NCBI GenBank assembly: GCA_002403075.1
Contig: DHHB01000012.1
Span: 13,767-77,766, forward strand
Length of the DNA: 64,000 bases
Reading direction: 5' to 3'
From: a bacterium UBP1_UBA4783
GTDB lineage: Bacteria; Krumholzibacteriota; Krumholzibacteriia; Krumholzibacteriales; Krumholzibacteriaceae
Part shown: positions 9,001 through 19,128 of the stretch, in pieces
Layout of the letters: every line of letters begins with the position of its first letter
How positions within the stretch are numbered: the stretch's first letter is position 1
Made by a program: the position numbers and the translations under genes
Notes under the pieces: model-generated
Told to the model about the DNA's origin: nothing
The model's input: the letters and a program-made list of their open reading frames with translations, nothing else
The model's database searches: none

Positions 9001-12000
9001 GCGGTCGGAAACGTGAAATCGACCGTCGCCGAGATTAAGAGCGTCCGCGCCCGCGCGGGAGGCGTGCCGCTCGACGATATCGTCCCCGTCGCGTTCACCG
9101 CGGGGGCCCTTCATCATTTCATCGTCACGCACGCGGGATCGGCGACGGCGGGAGTTCCCGCGTCGGTGACCGTCGACGCGCGCGACGCGAACGGCAACAA
9201 GCTCACCTCCTTCGCCGGCGCGGTCAGGGTGTACCCGCTGAGGGCTTCGGCCGCCGACGAGGCGACGTGGGGGCTCGGCAACGCCGCCGGCTCGATCGTA
9301 TCGGAAACGCAGGACACGGTGACGTACCAGTTCGTGTTCGCTGACGCGGGCGACGCCGAGCTCCTCATCACGGACCGGAAGGTCGAATCGGTGACGATCG
9401 GAGCGTCGAGCGGCGGCGTGACCTCGCTCTCCGCGGCTCCGCTCATCGTGGGGCCCGCCGCGGCGGACAGCGTCTTCGTCGTGAGCGGGAACGGCCAGCG
9501 CGCCGTCGTCGACACGCCGGTGCCTCTGCCGCTCGTCGTGGCGGTGGAGGACCGGTTCGGCAACCGCGTGAGCGGCGTCACGGTGAGCTTCGCCGTGACC
9601 GCGGGCGGCGGATACGTCGACGCGAGCGTCGCGCTGCCAGGCCAGCAGACGACGGCGGTCACCGGGATTCAGGGGACCGCATCTTGCGAGCATTGGCGCC
9701 TCGGCACGGCGAGCGGCGCCGGCGTGAACGCCGTCACCGCCTCCATCTCCACGGGGGGGACGAGGGAAGCGTACTTCACGGCGATCGCCGATCACGGACC
9801 GATCGCCTCGATCGTGCTCGCGCCCGCGAGCAAGCCGGTGACGGTGAACACCGAGACGATCGTGACCGCGACGCTTCGGGACGCTTTCGGCAACCTCGTG
9901 TTCGGTCAGTACGTGACGATGTATATCAAGGATGCGCCGGACGGGTTCCTCGGCGCCGCTCCCGGCAGCGCGACGGAGGAACTCTCGCTCTGGATGCGCC
10001 GCGGCATGAGCGACAGCACCGGCACCGTCTCGGTCGCTTATGCGGCGCCGGCCACCGCGGGGGCGCAGGACGTCATCGACGCGTACCACAATTCTATCCC
10101 GGCCGCGGATGTCGTCGACGCCGTCTATTCGACCGTATCGAGCGGCGCGACCGATCTTCGTGCGACCCTCCTCTCCGGCCCGACGTCGCAGGCGGGGATC
10201 GCGTTTTCGTTCCTCGTCGAAGCGGTCGACGGGAACGGCAACCGCGATCTTTCGAACACGAGCCACATCGTTCTCGAGCCGCCCCCGGGAGGCGGCTTCG
10301 TTTTCAGTCTCGTCGATTTCGGCGCGCCGGCGACCGAAGCGGATCTCTCGGCCGGAGCCGTCGTCATCTATGGGCGCGGCACGCAGGCCGGCGCGTGGCA
10401 GATCGCAGCGCGCGACGCGGCCGAGTTTCTCGCCCCGGCGCAGTGCGCGGTGGAGATCGTCGCGAACGAAACCGTGAGCTCGTACGCCGTCGCCGCCCCG
10501 GCGAGCGCGACGGCAGGAGCCGATTTCACGCTCAGCGCGGAAGCGCGAGACGCCTACGGAAACCGAGTATTAACAGCTGGTTACAACATAGACTTTAGAG
10601 CGGTTCGAGCCTCCGACAGCACGCAGGCGGCTTCGCGCGCGCTTTCCGTGGCGAGCGGCACCCTGGCGAACGGGCTCTACAGCGGAGCGAATTTCCGGTA
10701 CGAAGCGGCGGAGCTGATCCGGATCGAAGTGACGAGCGCGAGCAACGCGGCCGCGGGGTACAGCGGCGCGATCGCCGTCGACAACGCCGCGGCGTACCTT
10801 CTCGCGAAGATCGGCGGCGACAGCGCGGGAGTGGCGGCGGGGGATTCACTGCGTCTTCGCGCGCGTGTCTTCGACGCGTTCGGAAACGCCGTCGACGGAC
10901 AGAACGTATTCTTCACGGTGCAGGAGGGGGACGGCCGGGTTTCCTCTCCGCTCGCCGTTACCGACGCTTCGGGCGCGGCGTGGGTCTGGTTCCGCACCGA
11001 TACGATTCGCGGAACGAACCGCGTGCGCGCGGCCATCCTCGACGCGAATCCCGAAGGGCTCGAGACGCAGAGCTACACGGTGGCCACGATCCCGAGGAGC
11101 GAGGTCGATCGCGTCGAGCTCGCTTTGTCCGGAACCTCCTTCCGGGCGGGAGAGATCTTCGCGGGGAACGTCGCCGCGTACGACGTCTACGGCAACCTCA
11201 TCGACACCGATTCGGGCACGCAGCTCCGTCCCGCGGCCCTTCGCGCGTCGGTCGATTTCAATCCCGAAATCATGACGCTGGAGGCGGGAAGATCGTCGTT
11301 CGCCGCGTTCGATTCGGTCGCCGGCGCGAACCGCATCGAGATCCTCTCGCTCGCGGGAGATACGCTCTCCGCTCCCGGCGCTTCTTATACGATCGCGCCG
11401 GCCCAGGCCTACCGGATCACCGAGATATCGGGCGACACGGCCGGCGTCACGGTCGGCGCCGGCGTCGAGCTCCGCGTCCGCGTGCGGGACCGTTACGGAA
11501 ACGCCGTCGCGGGAGAGATCGTGCGGTTCCAGATCACGAGCAATCTCGGCGGCGCGCCCGCGCTCTGGGACGGCACCGGCGCTCCGAACGACGGGATCGT
11601 GCTCACCGGAGCCGGCGGAGCGGCGAGCTGCTTCCTCGTGACGGATCCGAACGCCGGGCTCAACACCGTGACCGCCTCCATTCTCGACGCCGATCCGCCG
11701 GCCCTCGAGCGGGTCGTCTTCGAGGTCGGCACGATCGCCGGGACGATCGCCCGTTTCGACGTCGTACCGGACGGCTTCGCGAAAAAGGCCGGAGAGAGCT
11801 TCGCCGTCCAGATCGTCGCGTACGATCTCAACGGCAACGTGGCGGCGGACGACGATACGACGCGCGTCGATCTCGGAAGCGACGGATCGGCCGCCTACGC
11901 CGTCAATCCGGTCGTCCTTTCGGGAGGGCGCGCGACGGCGAACGCGAGCGACACCGTCGCGGAGCGGCTCGTGCTCCGCGCCCGCACGCTCGCGGGGGGC

Positions 12001-15000
12001 GCGACGAGCTACAGCGATACGATCGTCGTCTCTCCCGAGGCGCCGAGCGGCGTCATCGCGTTCGCGTCGGTGACCCCCGACACGATCACCGCGAACGGCA
12101 CGAGCGTGAGCTCGATCACCACTCGGCCGATCCGGGACATGTACGGCAACGTTGTTTCTCCGGGAACCCTCGTGCGCGTCACGCCGTCGCTCGGATCGGT
12201 CGGGAGCGACGACCAGGATCCGTCGACCCCGGATACGAAGGAGCGCCGGACGGAGGCGAGCGGCGCCGTCTCCGTGTTCATACGCTCGGCTTCGTCGCCG
12301 GGAGCGTCGAACGTGGTTTTCCAGAGCCTCTCGGGGAGCGCGGCCGGTACGGCGTCCGTGATCTTCGCTCCTCCTCCGTCGTGCTTCTACGCCGGATATC
12401 TCACGCCGCGCCACCTCGTGCCGACCGAAGCCGTCGAGCTGCGCTGTTCGGCCGCGAACGTGAGCGCGACGGGCGTTTCACTCGCGACTGCGACGACGAT
12501 CTCGTTCGCGGACAGCGCCGGCCACGCGTACGAAGCTCATCTCGCGGCGCCGATGTACCTCCGCGGTTCCTCGGCCGACACGCTCCGATTCGCCTCCGTC
12601 GCGGTTCCCACCGGCATGCTCGGAGGAACGTATACGCCCCGCGTCTCGCTCGTCGGAACCGATAGGTACGGGTACGCGTATCGCGGCGAGTTCGCCGCCG
12701 GATCGAATTCGATTTCGATTTCGGACGTCGCTATCGAGAGCGTCGTCGCGGAAAAGGCGATCCTGAGCAGAGGGGACACGTTCACGGTGGACGTGCGGGT
12801 GCACAACGGGGGCGGGTCCACGGTCGCGGTGAACGACATCACGCTGAACTATAGCAACGGGCTGTACGGTCTCGTCGGCTCGTGGGATCCTCCGCTCCCG
12901 AGCAACCTGGCCCCCGGGGGCGTGCGCGTGTTCCGGCGATCCATATTCGTTCTCGGGTATTCGCCGCTCGGTCCCGATACGATCGACGCCTCGGTAACCG
13001 CCCAGGCGAACGGCTCGCAGGTGCAGGATCCGTCCGCGTACCCGAACGTCGCGGCCGTCGTCATCCAGTCCGCCGCGTCGATCGGCTACGTCGCGGGAAC
13101 GCTCGCTCCTGACACGGTCTCGCAAGGGCAGACGCATTCGTTCGCGGTGTCGTTCCGTAACAGCGGGCAGGCGGCGGTCATACTCAACGCGGCGGACACG
13201 CGTCTCGGCTTCACCGACGGAGCCGACGCCGTATCGATCTCCCTCGGTTTCGAGGGCGCGCTGCCGGGCAACAGAACGACCGAGCTCGTCTTTCCTCCGG
13301 TCGAAGTGCCGGCGTCCGTGGACGCGGGAAGCTGGCCGGTGACGGTCAGGCTCCGAGGGACCGAGAACGGCGGACATCTCGACACGACGCTCGTTCTGTC
13401 CGACCAGATCCGTGTCGTGAGCCCCGCCGCTCTCTCGTACGGGAGCGGCACGCTCGCTCCGCCCGCGGTCAGCAAGCGGAGCACCGTCTCGTTCGAGGCG
13501 GGGATCGTGAACGCCGGCGGAGCGACGGTGATGTGCGATCCCGATTCGACCCGGTTCACCTTCACGGACGGATCTCTTGCCTACACGGCGACCCTCGACC
13601 CGGCGCGGGGCCGATCGATCGGCCCGGGCTCCTCCACGCTCTACTTCAGGGCGGTCGCGATTCCGGCCGGCATCGCCGTCGGAAGCTATCAGCCTTCGAT
13701 GCGGATTCGGGGTTTCGAGAACGGCCTTCCCTTCGCCGCCGACCTCGCGCTCTCCGATCCGGTCGGCGTGCAGGAGCCTTCCCAGCTCGCCATCACGAGC
13801 ACGACGGTGTTCCCGTCGCCGCTCGTCACGGCCGATCAGTCGGCGCCGTGGTTCGCCGCCGTGCAGGTCCAGAACAACGGCGGAGCCGCCGTCCGCCTCG
13901 AAAGCCTCTCCATGAGGCTCCTCGCGGGTCCCGTCGATGTGACGGGTCAATGCGTCCTCACTCCGATAGACTTCGTGCCGAACGTCGATTCGCTGCTCGG
14001 AGGCGAATCGCGGGCGATCGCCGTGCGGCTCGACGACAACCCCTCGAACGGGATGACGACGGGAACGATCGTCATCGAGTCGGCGATCGCCGGCCGCGAT
14101 CTCAACAGCGGCGCGGCGCTCCTCGCCACCACCGAGTACGGCGGCAAGGGGAGCTATCTCGTGCAGACCCCCGCGAGCCTGGTTTTCACGTCGATCTCGC
14201 CGTCGGTCGACACGGTCACGGCGCTTCAAACGAAGGATTGGATACTGGCCGTCGCGGTCCGGAACGCGGGCCAATCCGACATGCAAATCGATCTCTCTCC
14301 GGCCGCCACGTTCGTGTCGTTCTCGACGTCGGGCGATTTCGCGACGATTCCGCCCGCCGCGCTCGCGGGCGGCGGGACCCTGCTCGAAGGCGGGGCGACC
14401 GACACGCTCCTGTGGCGGGTGGACCGGACCGGCTCCGTCGCCGGGAGCTGCCTCATCGCAGCGACCGTGCGCGCCGTGGAATCGAACAGCGGACGGGCGT
14501 TCGTCGCCTCGAGCGGCGCGCAAGGGGTCCGCGGAAACGCGCTCGTGCAGACGCCCGCCGTGCTCGGCATCGTCGGCATCACGCCGCTCCAGAATCCTGT
14601 GACGATCTCGCAGGAGCGCTCGTGGAGCGTCGAGATGGAAGTGCGCAACACGGGCCAGTCGGATGTCGCCCTTCTCCTCGCGCGCGTCGATTCGACGCGG
14701 GTCGCGATTCCCGAAGGCAGCGGATTCGTCATCGGCAATCCGTCCTCGCTCGCGGGCGGCGGCACGGTTCTTCGCGGGGGCGCCGCCGGTCGGCTCGTCT
14801 TTGCCGTCTCGACGACGGGAACGGCCGCGCCGGGCGCCCGGGAGATCGTCGGATCGGTCCTCGCCGTGGAGTCGAACAGCGACCGGCGGGTGTTCGCGTC
14901 CCGCGCCGAGGGCGGGGACACGGTCACCTTGCAGCTTCGTCCCGAACCGGCGTATGCGGCGGGAAGCCTCGCCCCGACGGCCGCGAGCAGCGGAACGAGC

Positions 15001-18000
15001 GTGTCGTTCGAGGCGGCGGTCGAGACCGCCGCCGGGCTGTACGCCACGCTCGTCCTCGATCGCGGGGCGACGATCCTCAGCTTCGGCGACGCCGACGGCG
15101 ACACGTTTCGAACGGCTCTCTCCGCCGTTTCCACGAACGTTCTGCCGCCCGCGGCGCAGCGAACGCTCCTCTTCGACGCGAATACGATCGATCCCGCCGT
15201 CGCGCTCGGGAGACACTCCGCGTCGCTTCGGCTCGTCGGCGAGGAGAACGGCAATCCGTTTTCCCGCGTGCTGCCGCTCGCGCCCGATTCGATTCTCGTC
15301 GAGCGCGCGCCGCAGCTCAGCATCAGCCGTGTCGCGGTTCCCCCGTCGGTCACCCGATCGCAGACCGCGCCGTGGACCGTGAGGATGGTGCTCCGCAACA
15401 ACGGCGAAGCGTCCGTCGATCTCGACCTCTCCGAGGCCAAGACGTTCCTTTCCTTTACGATCATCGGCGCGGGCGACCGGACGTACGAGTACGCCGTCGC
15501 GAGGCCGGCGGCGCTCGCGGGGCGGGGCGGAACGGTGCTTCCGGGAGGAGCGATCGACAGCCTCGTCTTCACGATCACCGGGACCGGCTCGACTCCGGGG
15601 ATAGCGCTCGTGAACGGCACCGTGACGGGGACCGACGTCAACAGCAATCTCACCGTGTCGGACGATACGTATAACGGCGGATTCAGCCACGTCGCGGTCG
15701 AGCTGCCGGGCGAACCCGTCGTCGCCTCGAGCGCGCCCTCGCGGGCCACGGTGACGTCCGGACAGACGACCGCGTGGCAGATAGCCTGCGAAGTATGCAA
15801 CACCGGGGAGGCCGATCTCACTCTCGTGCCCGACAGCGCGCGCGTGTACCGCGACGACGGCGAACCTCTCGCGCACGAGCGCCCCGCCTCGTTCGTCGAG
15901 GGGGGGCTCGCCCTGCCGGGCGGCGCATGCCGCCATCTCCTGTTCTCGGTATCCCCGACGCCGGTGATTCCCGCGGGCGCCGACATCGTCCTCCACGCCC
16001 GCGTCGCGTTGGTCGAGAACAACAACGGAATACAGCGCTTCTTCGACACGCGCCTCGCCGGTTCGGGCTCGGGTTCGATCCGCGTGCAGTCGCCGGCGCT
16101 GCTTTCGATCGCTCTCGCCTCCTGCGTGTCGCCGCGCCGGCCCTACGTCAACGAGGGACAGCGGTTCTCCGTCGTCGTCGCGGCGGCGAACGGCGGCGAA
16201 GCGCGCGCCGAGAGCGTCCGTCTCGCGCTCGAGGGATCGGGCTCGTCGGCGATCGAGGATACGCTCGCCGTCATGGAGGCCGTCGCCGGCGGCGGCGCGG
16301 TTTCAGACACCTTTTTCGTCATCGCGGCCGGAGCGGGGGATGAGGTCTTCACGGCGCGCTTGCGCGGCGCCGTCGACGCGAACTCCGGGCAGGAGGATCT
16401 CGCGGCGTTCGCCTCAGCCACGGACGACACGGCGCTCGTCGTGATACAGGTTCCGGCCTCCCTCGCGGTGACCGCGGTCGCCCCGTCCCAGAGCGCCGTG
16501 AACGCGGGCCAGACGGTGGAGTGGACGGTCCGCGTGAGCCTTCGCAACTTCGGCGAGGCTCCCCTCGAGATCGATCCGCCCGCTCCGGCGGATGTGTCCT
16601 TTGCGATCGGCGGCGCCGCGGTCGGCGGGTATCTCGTCGTGGCGCCGGACGGGTTCGCGTCGGGAGTCACTCCGCTCGTCCTCGAGGGTGGCGCCTCGGA
16701 CAGCCTTATCTACCGGATCGCGGCGACCGGCCGGGATACGGGCACCGTCGACGTCGTCGCGGCATTCGATTGGCGCGACGGGAACGATCCGGCCGCGCCG
16801 CGCGTTCCCGCATCGGGGGGCTGCCAGGTGCGCGTGAAACCCCCGTCGGGGCTCAGGATACTCTCCGTGACGAGCGCCGCGCCGAACAACGCCGCGTTTC
16901 CGAATACCTCGATCGTCAACACCGGCCAGACGTTCACGGTCTCCGTGCGGGTCGAGAACACCGGCGGAGACGATCTCGACAGCGTGCTCGTGAGACTCGC
17001 GACGAACGGCGTCTCGGGCACCGTCGCCGCGGGCGATTCGATCGCCTACATGCCGTCGAGATCGGAGCGCGATTTCGTCTCTACGGTGACCGCCGCCCCG
17101 GCGCCCGCCGTCGAATATCTGCGCGCCTCGATCGTGAAAGCCGTTTCGGTCAACACCGGCGAGCGGGTGACGCCGGCGGAAGCCGTCGAATCGATCGAAA
17201 ACCTCCGCATCGAGCTTCCGGCGCTCCTCGCCTGTGTCGCGTCGGTCACGGCGCCCGCCGGCGCCGTCGACGACACGCTCTCGACCGGCCAGCGGTTCGT
17301 CGTGACGGCCGTCGTCGAAAACGAGGGGCAGGCGGGCATCGATACGACGGGGAGGATGACGCTCGTCCTGCCCGCCGGCATGGATCTCGCCGATCCGGGC
17401 GAGCCCCTCGCGAAGCGGTTCGCAGCGGGGGTTCCGCTCGCGTGGACGATCGTCGCGCCGGCGTCTCCTTCGCTCGATACCGTGCTCGCGGCGATCAGCT
17501 CGATCCCCGAGGACGCGAATATCGCTGCGCCGGCCGCGGTTCGAAACGCGGAGGCGCGCGTCGTCGTTTTCGTCGAGCCCGCGGCCCGCATCGAGAATTG
17601 CGCGGTGTCGCTCGCGGCGCCCCCGGGCGCGGTCGACGGCACGCTCTCCACGGATCAGGATTTCGTCGCCCGCTCGTCCTTCGTTCCGTCGGCGAACGCC
17701 GATTCCCTCTGGGTCGAGATCGATCCGCCGGCGGGCTTCTCCGTCGCGAGCGAGACCGCCAAGTACGTCGGGAGGGGAACTGGCGCCGCGGTCGCGCGCG
17801 ACTGGATCGTTCGCGCTCCGGTGAGCCCCGCGGCGGTCGATACGATCGCCGCCCGGGTCGTCGGCATCGACGTCAATTCGGGGGAACGCATCGCGCCGTG
17901 CCGGGCGGTCTTCGCGGTGCGGGTGGTCGAGAAAGCGGCGCTGTCCCTCGCCGGGGGGATCTCGGGGCCCCCCGAGGCGCTCGACGGAGTGGTCTCGGTG

Positions 18001-19128
18001 AATCAGGTTTTCACGGTCGAGGCGTCGGCGTCGAAGGCCGGCGAGGCCGGCGTCGATACGGCCGGCGCTCGGATCGAGCTCGTCCTGCCCGCCGGACAGG
18101 GGTACGCGCTCGACGGCGCTACCGAAACGTACCGGAAGCCGTTCTATCCGGGCGGGTCCGTCGCGTGGCGGATCCGCGCGCCGGGCGCTCCCACGGCTCC
18201 CGGCATCCTGCGGCTGCGGTTCGCCGAGCCGTACGCGAGGGACGTCAACACGAACCTCGCCTGCGCGATCTCGCAGGGCGAGGTCTTCCTGCCGGTGCAA
18301 ACGGAGGCCGGGGCCGTCCGCATGTCGAACGTGTCGGCCGCCGATTCCATCCCGCCGGTCGTCGTTCCCCAGGGAGCCTCCGGGGTGCCGGTTATGCGGG
18401 CGGCGCTGCGGAACGCGTCGAGCTACACGATCGGTCTCGACACGGTGTACGTCGCCGTCACGGACGGTCGCGGACGCCTCGTATCGCCGCCGTCGCGTCG
18501 CATCGCCGCTCTCGCGCTCGTCGCCGGAGGCGTCAGGTACGAGACGGCGGCTCCGGGGCACAACCCCGTTCCGATGGCGGTCGATCACGGTTTCGAGATC
18601 GGTCCCGGCGCCGCGGACACGATCCTCATCGTCGCAGACGTCGCGGAGGACGCCCCGCCCGGGGAGCTCCGATTCGAGATCGAGCGGAGCGCGGACGTGA
18701 TCGTTTCCATCACCCTCGACGGCGGGGGCGCGGGCGAACGAGTCGGCGTCGTGAACGAGCAGGGCGGCGATATCGCGGGCTCGTTCCTGAGCGGACCGCT
18801 CTCGGTCATGAGCGCGCGGTTCGAGGAGTACGTTCACAACTACCCGAATCCGTTCCGCGCCGGTTCCCAGGAAACGCGTATCTGCTATTTCCTGACGCGG
18901 AACGCGGGCGTATCGATACGCATCTACGATCTCGCCGGCAGCCTCGTCTGGACGAAGGAGATTGCAGCCGGCGCTCCGGGCGGCACCGGTTCCCCGGAAG
19001 GGATCATGCACGAGATTGCATGGGACGGTCGCAACGCCAGAGGCGAGATCGTCCGAAACGGCGTCTATCTCTGCAAGCTCGAGGCGGGCTCGCAATCGGC
19101 GCTCTTCAAGATCGCCGTCGCGAAGTGA
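6091..19128 (+). CDS. giant (4345 aa) secreted adhesin-like protein: signal peptide, tandem Big_1 Ig-like repeats, further Ig-like domains, ~17 CARDB-like repeats, T9SS-type C-terminal sorting domain
   Basis: ATG at 6091 gives the signal peptide MNKRSNIRPAALVFGLFICMLAAAGAQA. The table ORF starts at GTG 6007. Six 101-aa repeats (FVAGPFDP..VDKTTI.ADG.D...VTVRDA.GNP..G..V.IEC.G.GN) fall within a longer series of Ig-like domains. Later ~120-aa repeats carry RN.G.. motifs typical of CARDB. The last ~95 aa match the TIGR04183-like CTD: YPNPFRAGS...RIYDLAGSLVW...WDGRNARGEIVRNGVYLCKLEAGSQ. Confidence 0.85.
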   Translation: MNKRSNIRPAALVFGLFICMLAAAGAQAGPGSGAASIAPSAAVAAGSAGTWTITYTAAETFVAGTIEIEIPDGWSAPQLSNSSARGFVTASSMGTLGTPALSISGRNIVVSVAALEVNQTVDVVYGDASIHQSGAAVAQSNPQTGVQFLVRSDSNGPGRMPIASSPRIDIVAIIAAQLVFVTPPRVFPADGESGAIGLATLDEFGSPSPVEADLRIHLASSAPTGRFSAAPGAGFSETDTVTILAGTDTAFFYYRDPVAGIKTITASAVEQGWIDPQQTVTVEPGEPFRLRAVPADTLAIAGEYVRYRLRIEDSLGNPSTASSSQTISLFGQPGSFYATADHSTPISQIVIPAGVSSISLDYRNTVKALSTPYILGFFDQDGTPPTLEAASASIYIDHAAYSPVASDVGSADPLAVADGADPVPLVAYVRDAFFNGVDGATVVFMATGSGNSISQPGGVTGSNGRANGSMTSTVAGQKTVTAHVGGVYIDHSVVATFVAGPFDPSVSDVAVDKSVAAADGADSISVTVTVRDAEGNAITGSVVTLECTGSGNAIRQPVGATGADGTARGSVVSTTAEAKTIRARANGLYLAEQAAVTFVAGPFDPDNSTVAIDKTTIVANGVDAGIVTVTVRDASGNPVSGRTVTIECSGGDNAIQQPAVPTGADGRAVGSVASTRAESKTVAARVDGVLVTETAPAIFVAGPFDANVSNLEVDKTTIVADGVDSVLVTATVRDANGNPIAGRAVTIECNGTGNTIRQPAGATDALGRAVGSVKSSVAAGKTITARVDALYLADAVPVVFVAGPFDPSVSGLGVDKTTITADGADSVLVTVTARDALGNPISGRTVAIECTGSGNAIHQPVGFTGADGRAVGSVKSTVAEAKTIRGRVDGALVAAAAAVSFVPGPFDPGVSEIQVDKTTIIADGVDAVSVTVRVRDADANPIAGALVAIECSGSGNVITQPVGVTGADGRAVGNVKSTVAEIKSVRARAGGVPLDDIVPVAFTAGALHHFIVTHAGSATAGVPASVTVDARDANGNKLTSFAGAVRVYPLRASAADEATWGLGNAAGSIVSETQDTVTYQFVFADAGDAELLITDRKVESVTIGASSGGVTSLSAAPLIVGPAAADSVFVVSGNGQRAVVDTPVPLPLVVAVEDRFGNRVSGVTVSFAVTAGGGYVDASVALPGQQTTAVTGIQGTASCEHWRLGTASGAGVNAVTASISTGGTREAYFTAIADHGPIASIVLAPASKPVTVNTETIVTATLRDAFGNLVFGQYVTMYIKDAPDGFLGAAPGSATEELSLWMRRGMSDSTGTVSVAYAAPATAGAQDVIDAYHNSIPAADVVDAVYSTVSSGATDLRATLLSGPTSQAGIAFSFLVEAVDGNGNRDLSNTSHIVLEPPPGGGFVFSLVDFGAPATEADLSAGAVVIYGRGTQAGAWQIAARDAAEFLAPAQCAVEIVANETVSSYAVAAPASATAGADFTLSAEARDAYGNRVLTAGYNIDFRAVRASDSTQAASRALSVASGTLANGLYSGANFRYEAAELIRIEVTSASNAAAGYSGAIAVDNAAAYLLAKIGGDSAGVAAGDSLRLRARVFDAFGNAVDGQNVFFTVQEGDGRVSSPLAVTDASGAAWVWFRTDTIRGTNRVRAAILDANPEGLETQSYTVATIPRSEVDRVELALSGTSFRAGEIFAGNVAAYDVYGNLIDTDSGTQLRPAALRASVDFNPEIMTLEAGRSSFAAFDSVAGANRIEILSLAGDTLSAPGASYTIAPAQAYRITEISGDTAGVTVGAGVELRVRVRDRYGNAVAGEIVRFQITSNLGGAPALWDGTGAPNDGIVLTGAGGAASCFLVTDPNAGLNTVTASILDADPPALERVVFEVGTIAGTIARFDVVPDGFAKKAGESFAVQIVAYDLNGNVAADDDTTRVDLGSDGSAAYAVNPVVLSGGRATANASDTVAERLVLRARTLAGGATSYSDTIVVSPEAPSGVIAFASVTPDTITANGTSVSSITTRPIRDMYGNVVSPGTLVRVTPSLGSVGSDDQDPSTPDTKERRTEASGAVSVFIRSASSPGASNVVFQSLSGSAAGTASVIFAPPPSCFYAGYLTPRHLVPTEAVELRCSAANVSATGVSLATATTISFADSAGHAYEAHLAAPMYLRGSSADTLRFASVAVPTGMLGGTYTPRVSLVGTDRYGYAYRGEFAAGSNSISISDVAIESVVAEKAILSRGDTFTVDVRVHNGGGSTVAVNDITLNYSNGLYGLVGSWDPPLPSNLAPGGVRVFRRSIFVLGYSPLGPDTIDASVTAQANGSQVQDPSAYPNVAAVVIQSAASIGYVAGTLAPDTVSQGQTHSFAVSFRNSGQAAVILNAADTRLGFTDGADAVSISLGFEGALPGNRTTELVFPPVEVPASVDAGSWPVTVRLRGTENGGHLDTTLVLSDQIRVVSPAALSYGSGTLAPPAVSKRSTVSFEAGIVNAGGATVMCDPDSTRFTFTDGSLAYTATLDPARGRSIGPGSSTLYFRAVAIPAGIAVGSYQPSMRIRGFENGLPFAADLALSDPVGVQEPSQLAITSTTVFPSPLVTADQSAPWFAAVQVQNNGGAAVRLESLSMRLLAGPVDVTGQCVLTPIDFVPNVDSLLGGESRAIAVRLDDNPSNGMTTGTIVIESAIAGRDLNSGAALLATTEYGGKGSYLVQTPASLVFTSISPSVDTVTALQTKDWILAVAVRNAGQSDMQIDLSPAATFVSFSTSGDFATIPPAALAGGGTLLEGGATDTLLWRVDRTGSVAGSCLIAATVRAVESNSGRAFVASSGAQGVRGNALVQTPAVLGIVGITPLQNPVTISQERSWSVEMEVRNTGQSDVALLLARVDSTRVAIPEGSGFVIGNPSSLAGGGTVLRGGAAGRLVFAVSTTGTAAPGAREIVGSVLAVESNSDRRVFASRAEGGDTVTLQLRPEPAYAAGSLAPTAASSGTSVSFEAAVETAAGLYATLVLDRGATILSFGDADGDTFRTALSAVSTNVLPPAAQRTLLFDANTIDPAVALGRHSASLRLVGEENGNPFSRVLPLAPDSILVERAPQLSISRVAVPPSVTRSQTAPWTVRMVLRNNGEASVDLDLSEAKTFLSFTIIGAGDRTYEYAVARPAALAGRGGTVLPGGAIDSLVFTITGTGSTPGIALVNGTVTGTDVNSNLTVSDDTYNGGFSHVAVELPGEPVVASSAPSRATVTSGQTTAWQIACEVCNTGEADLTLVPDSARVYRDDGEPLAHERPASFVEGGLALPGGACRHLLFSVSPTPVIPAGADIVLHARVALVENNNGIQRFFDTRLAGSGSGSIRVQSPALLSIALASCVSPRRPYVNEGQRFSVVVAAANGGEARAESVRLALEGSGSSAIEDTLAVMEAVAGGGAVSDTFFVIAAGAGDEVFTARLRGAVDANSGQEDLAAFASATDDTALVVIQVPASLAVTAVAPSQSAVNAGQTVEWTVRVSLRNFGEAPLEIDPPAPADVSFAIGGAAVGGYLVVAPDGFASGVTPLVLEGGASDSLIYRIAATGRDTGTVDVVAAFDWRDGNDPAAPRVPASGGCQVRVKPPSGLRILSVTSAAPNNAAFPNTSIVNTGQTFTVSVRVENTGGDDLDSVLVRLATNGVSGTVAAGDSIAYMPSRSERDFVSTVTAAPAPAVEYLRASIVKAVSVNTGERVTPAEAVESIENLRIELPALLACVASVTAPAGAVDDTLSTGQRFVVTAVVENEGQAGIDTTGRMTLVLPAGMDLADPGEPLAKRFAAGVPLAWTIVAPASPSLDTVLAAISSIPEDANIAAPAAVRNAEARVVVFVEPAARIENCAVSLAAPPGAVDGTLSTDQDFVARSSFVPSANADSLWVEIDPPAGFSVASETAKYVGRGTGAAVARDWIVRAPVSPAAVDTIAARVVGIDVNSGERIAPCRAVFAVRVVEKAALSLAGGISGPPEALDGVVSVNQVFTVEASASKAGEAGVDTAGARIELVLPAGQGYALDGATETYRKPFYPGGSVAWRIRAPGAPTAPGILRLRFAEPYARDVNTNLACAISQGEVFLPVQTEAGAVRMSNVSAADSIPPVVVPQGASGVPVMRAALRNASSYTIGLDTVYVAVTDGRGRLVSPPSRRIAALALVAGGVRYETAAPGHNPVPMAVDHGFEIGPGAADTILIVADVAEDAPPGELRFEIERSADVIVSITLDGGGAGERVGVVNEQGGDIAGSFLSGPLSVMSARFEEYVHNYPNPFRAGSQETRICYFLTRNAGVSIRIYDLAGSLVWTKEIAAGAPGGTGSPEGIMHEIAWDGRNARGEIVRNGVYLCKLEAGSQSALFKIAVAK
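7276..9093 (+). repeat. six in-frame tandem copies of a 303-bp unit (Big_1 Ig-like domain) inside the giant gene
   Basis: The motif ttcgtcgcgggtccgttcgatcc recurs at 7579, 7882, 8185, 8488 and 8791 (303-bp period). The first and last copies are degenerate at DNA level. Confidence 0.8.

Noticed and set aside
7276-9093. Possible CRISPR array because of the regular 303-bp periodicity
   Set aside because: The repeats are long (303 bp), lie in frame inside a CDS and encode Ig-like domains. There are no short repeat-spacer units, and no CRISPR array was found anywhere in the window.
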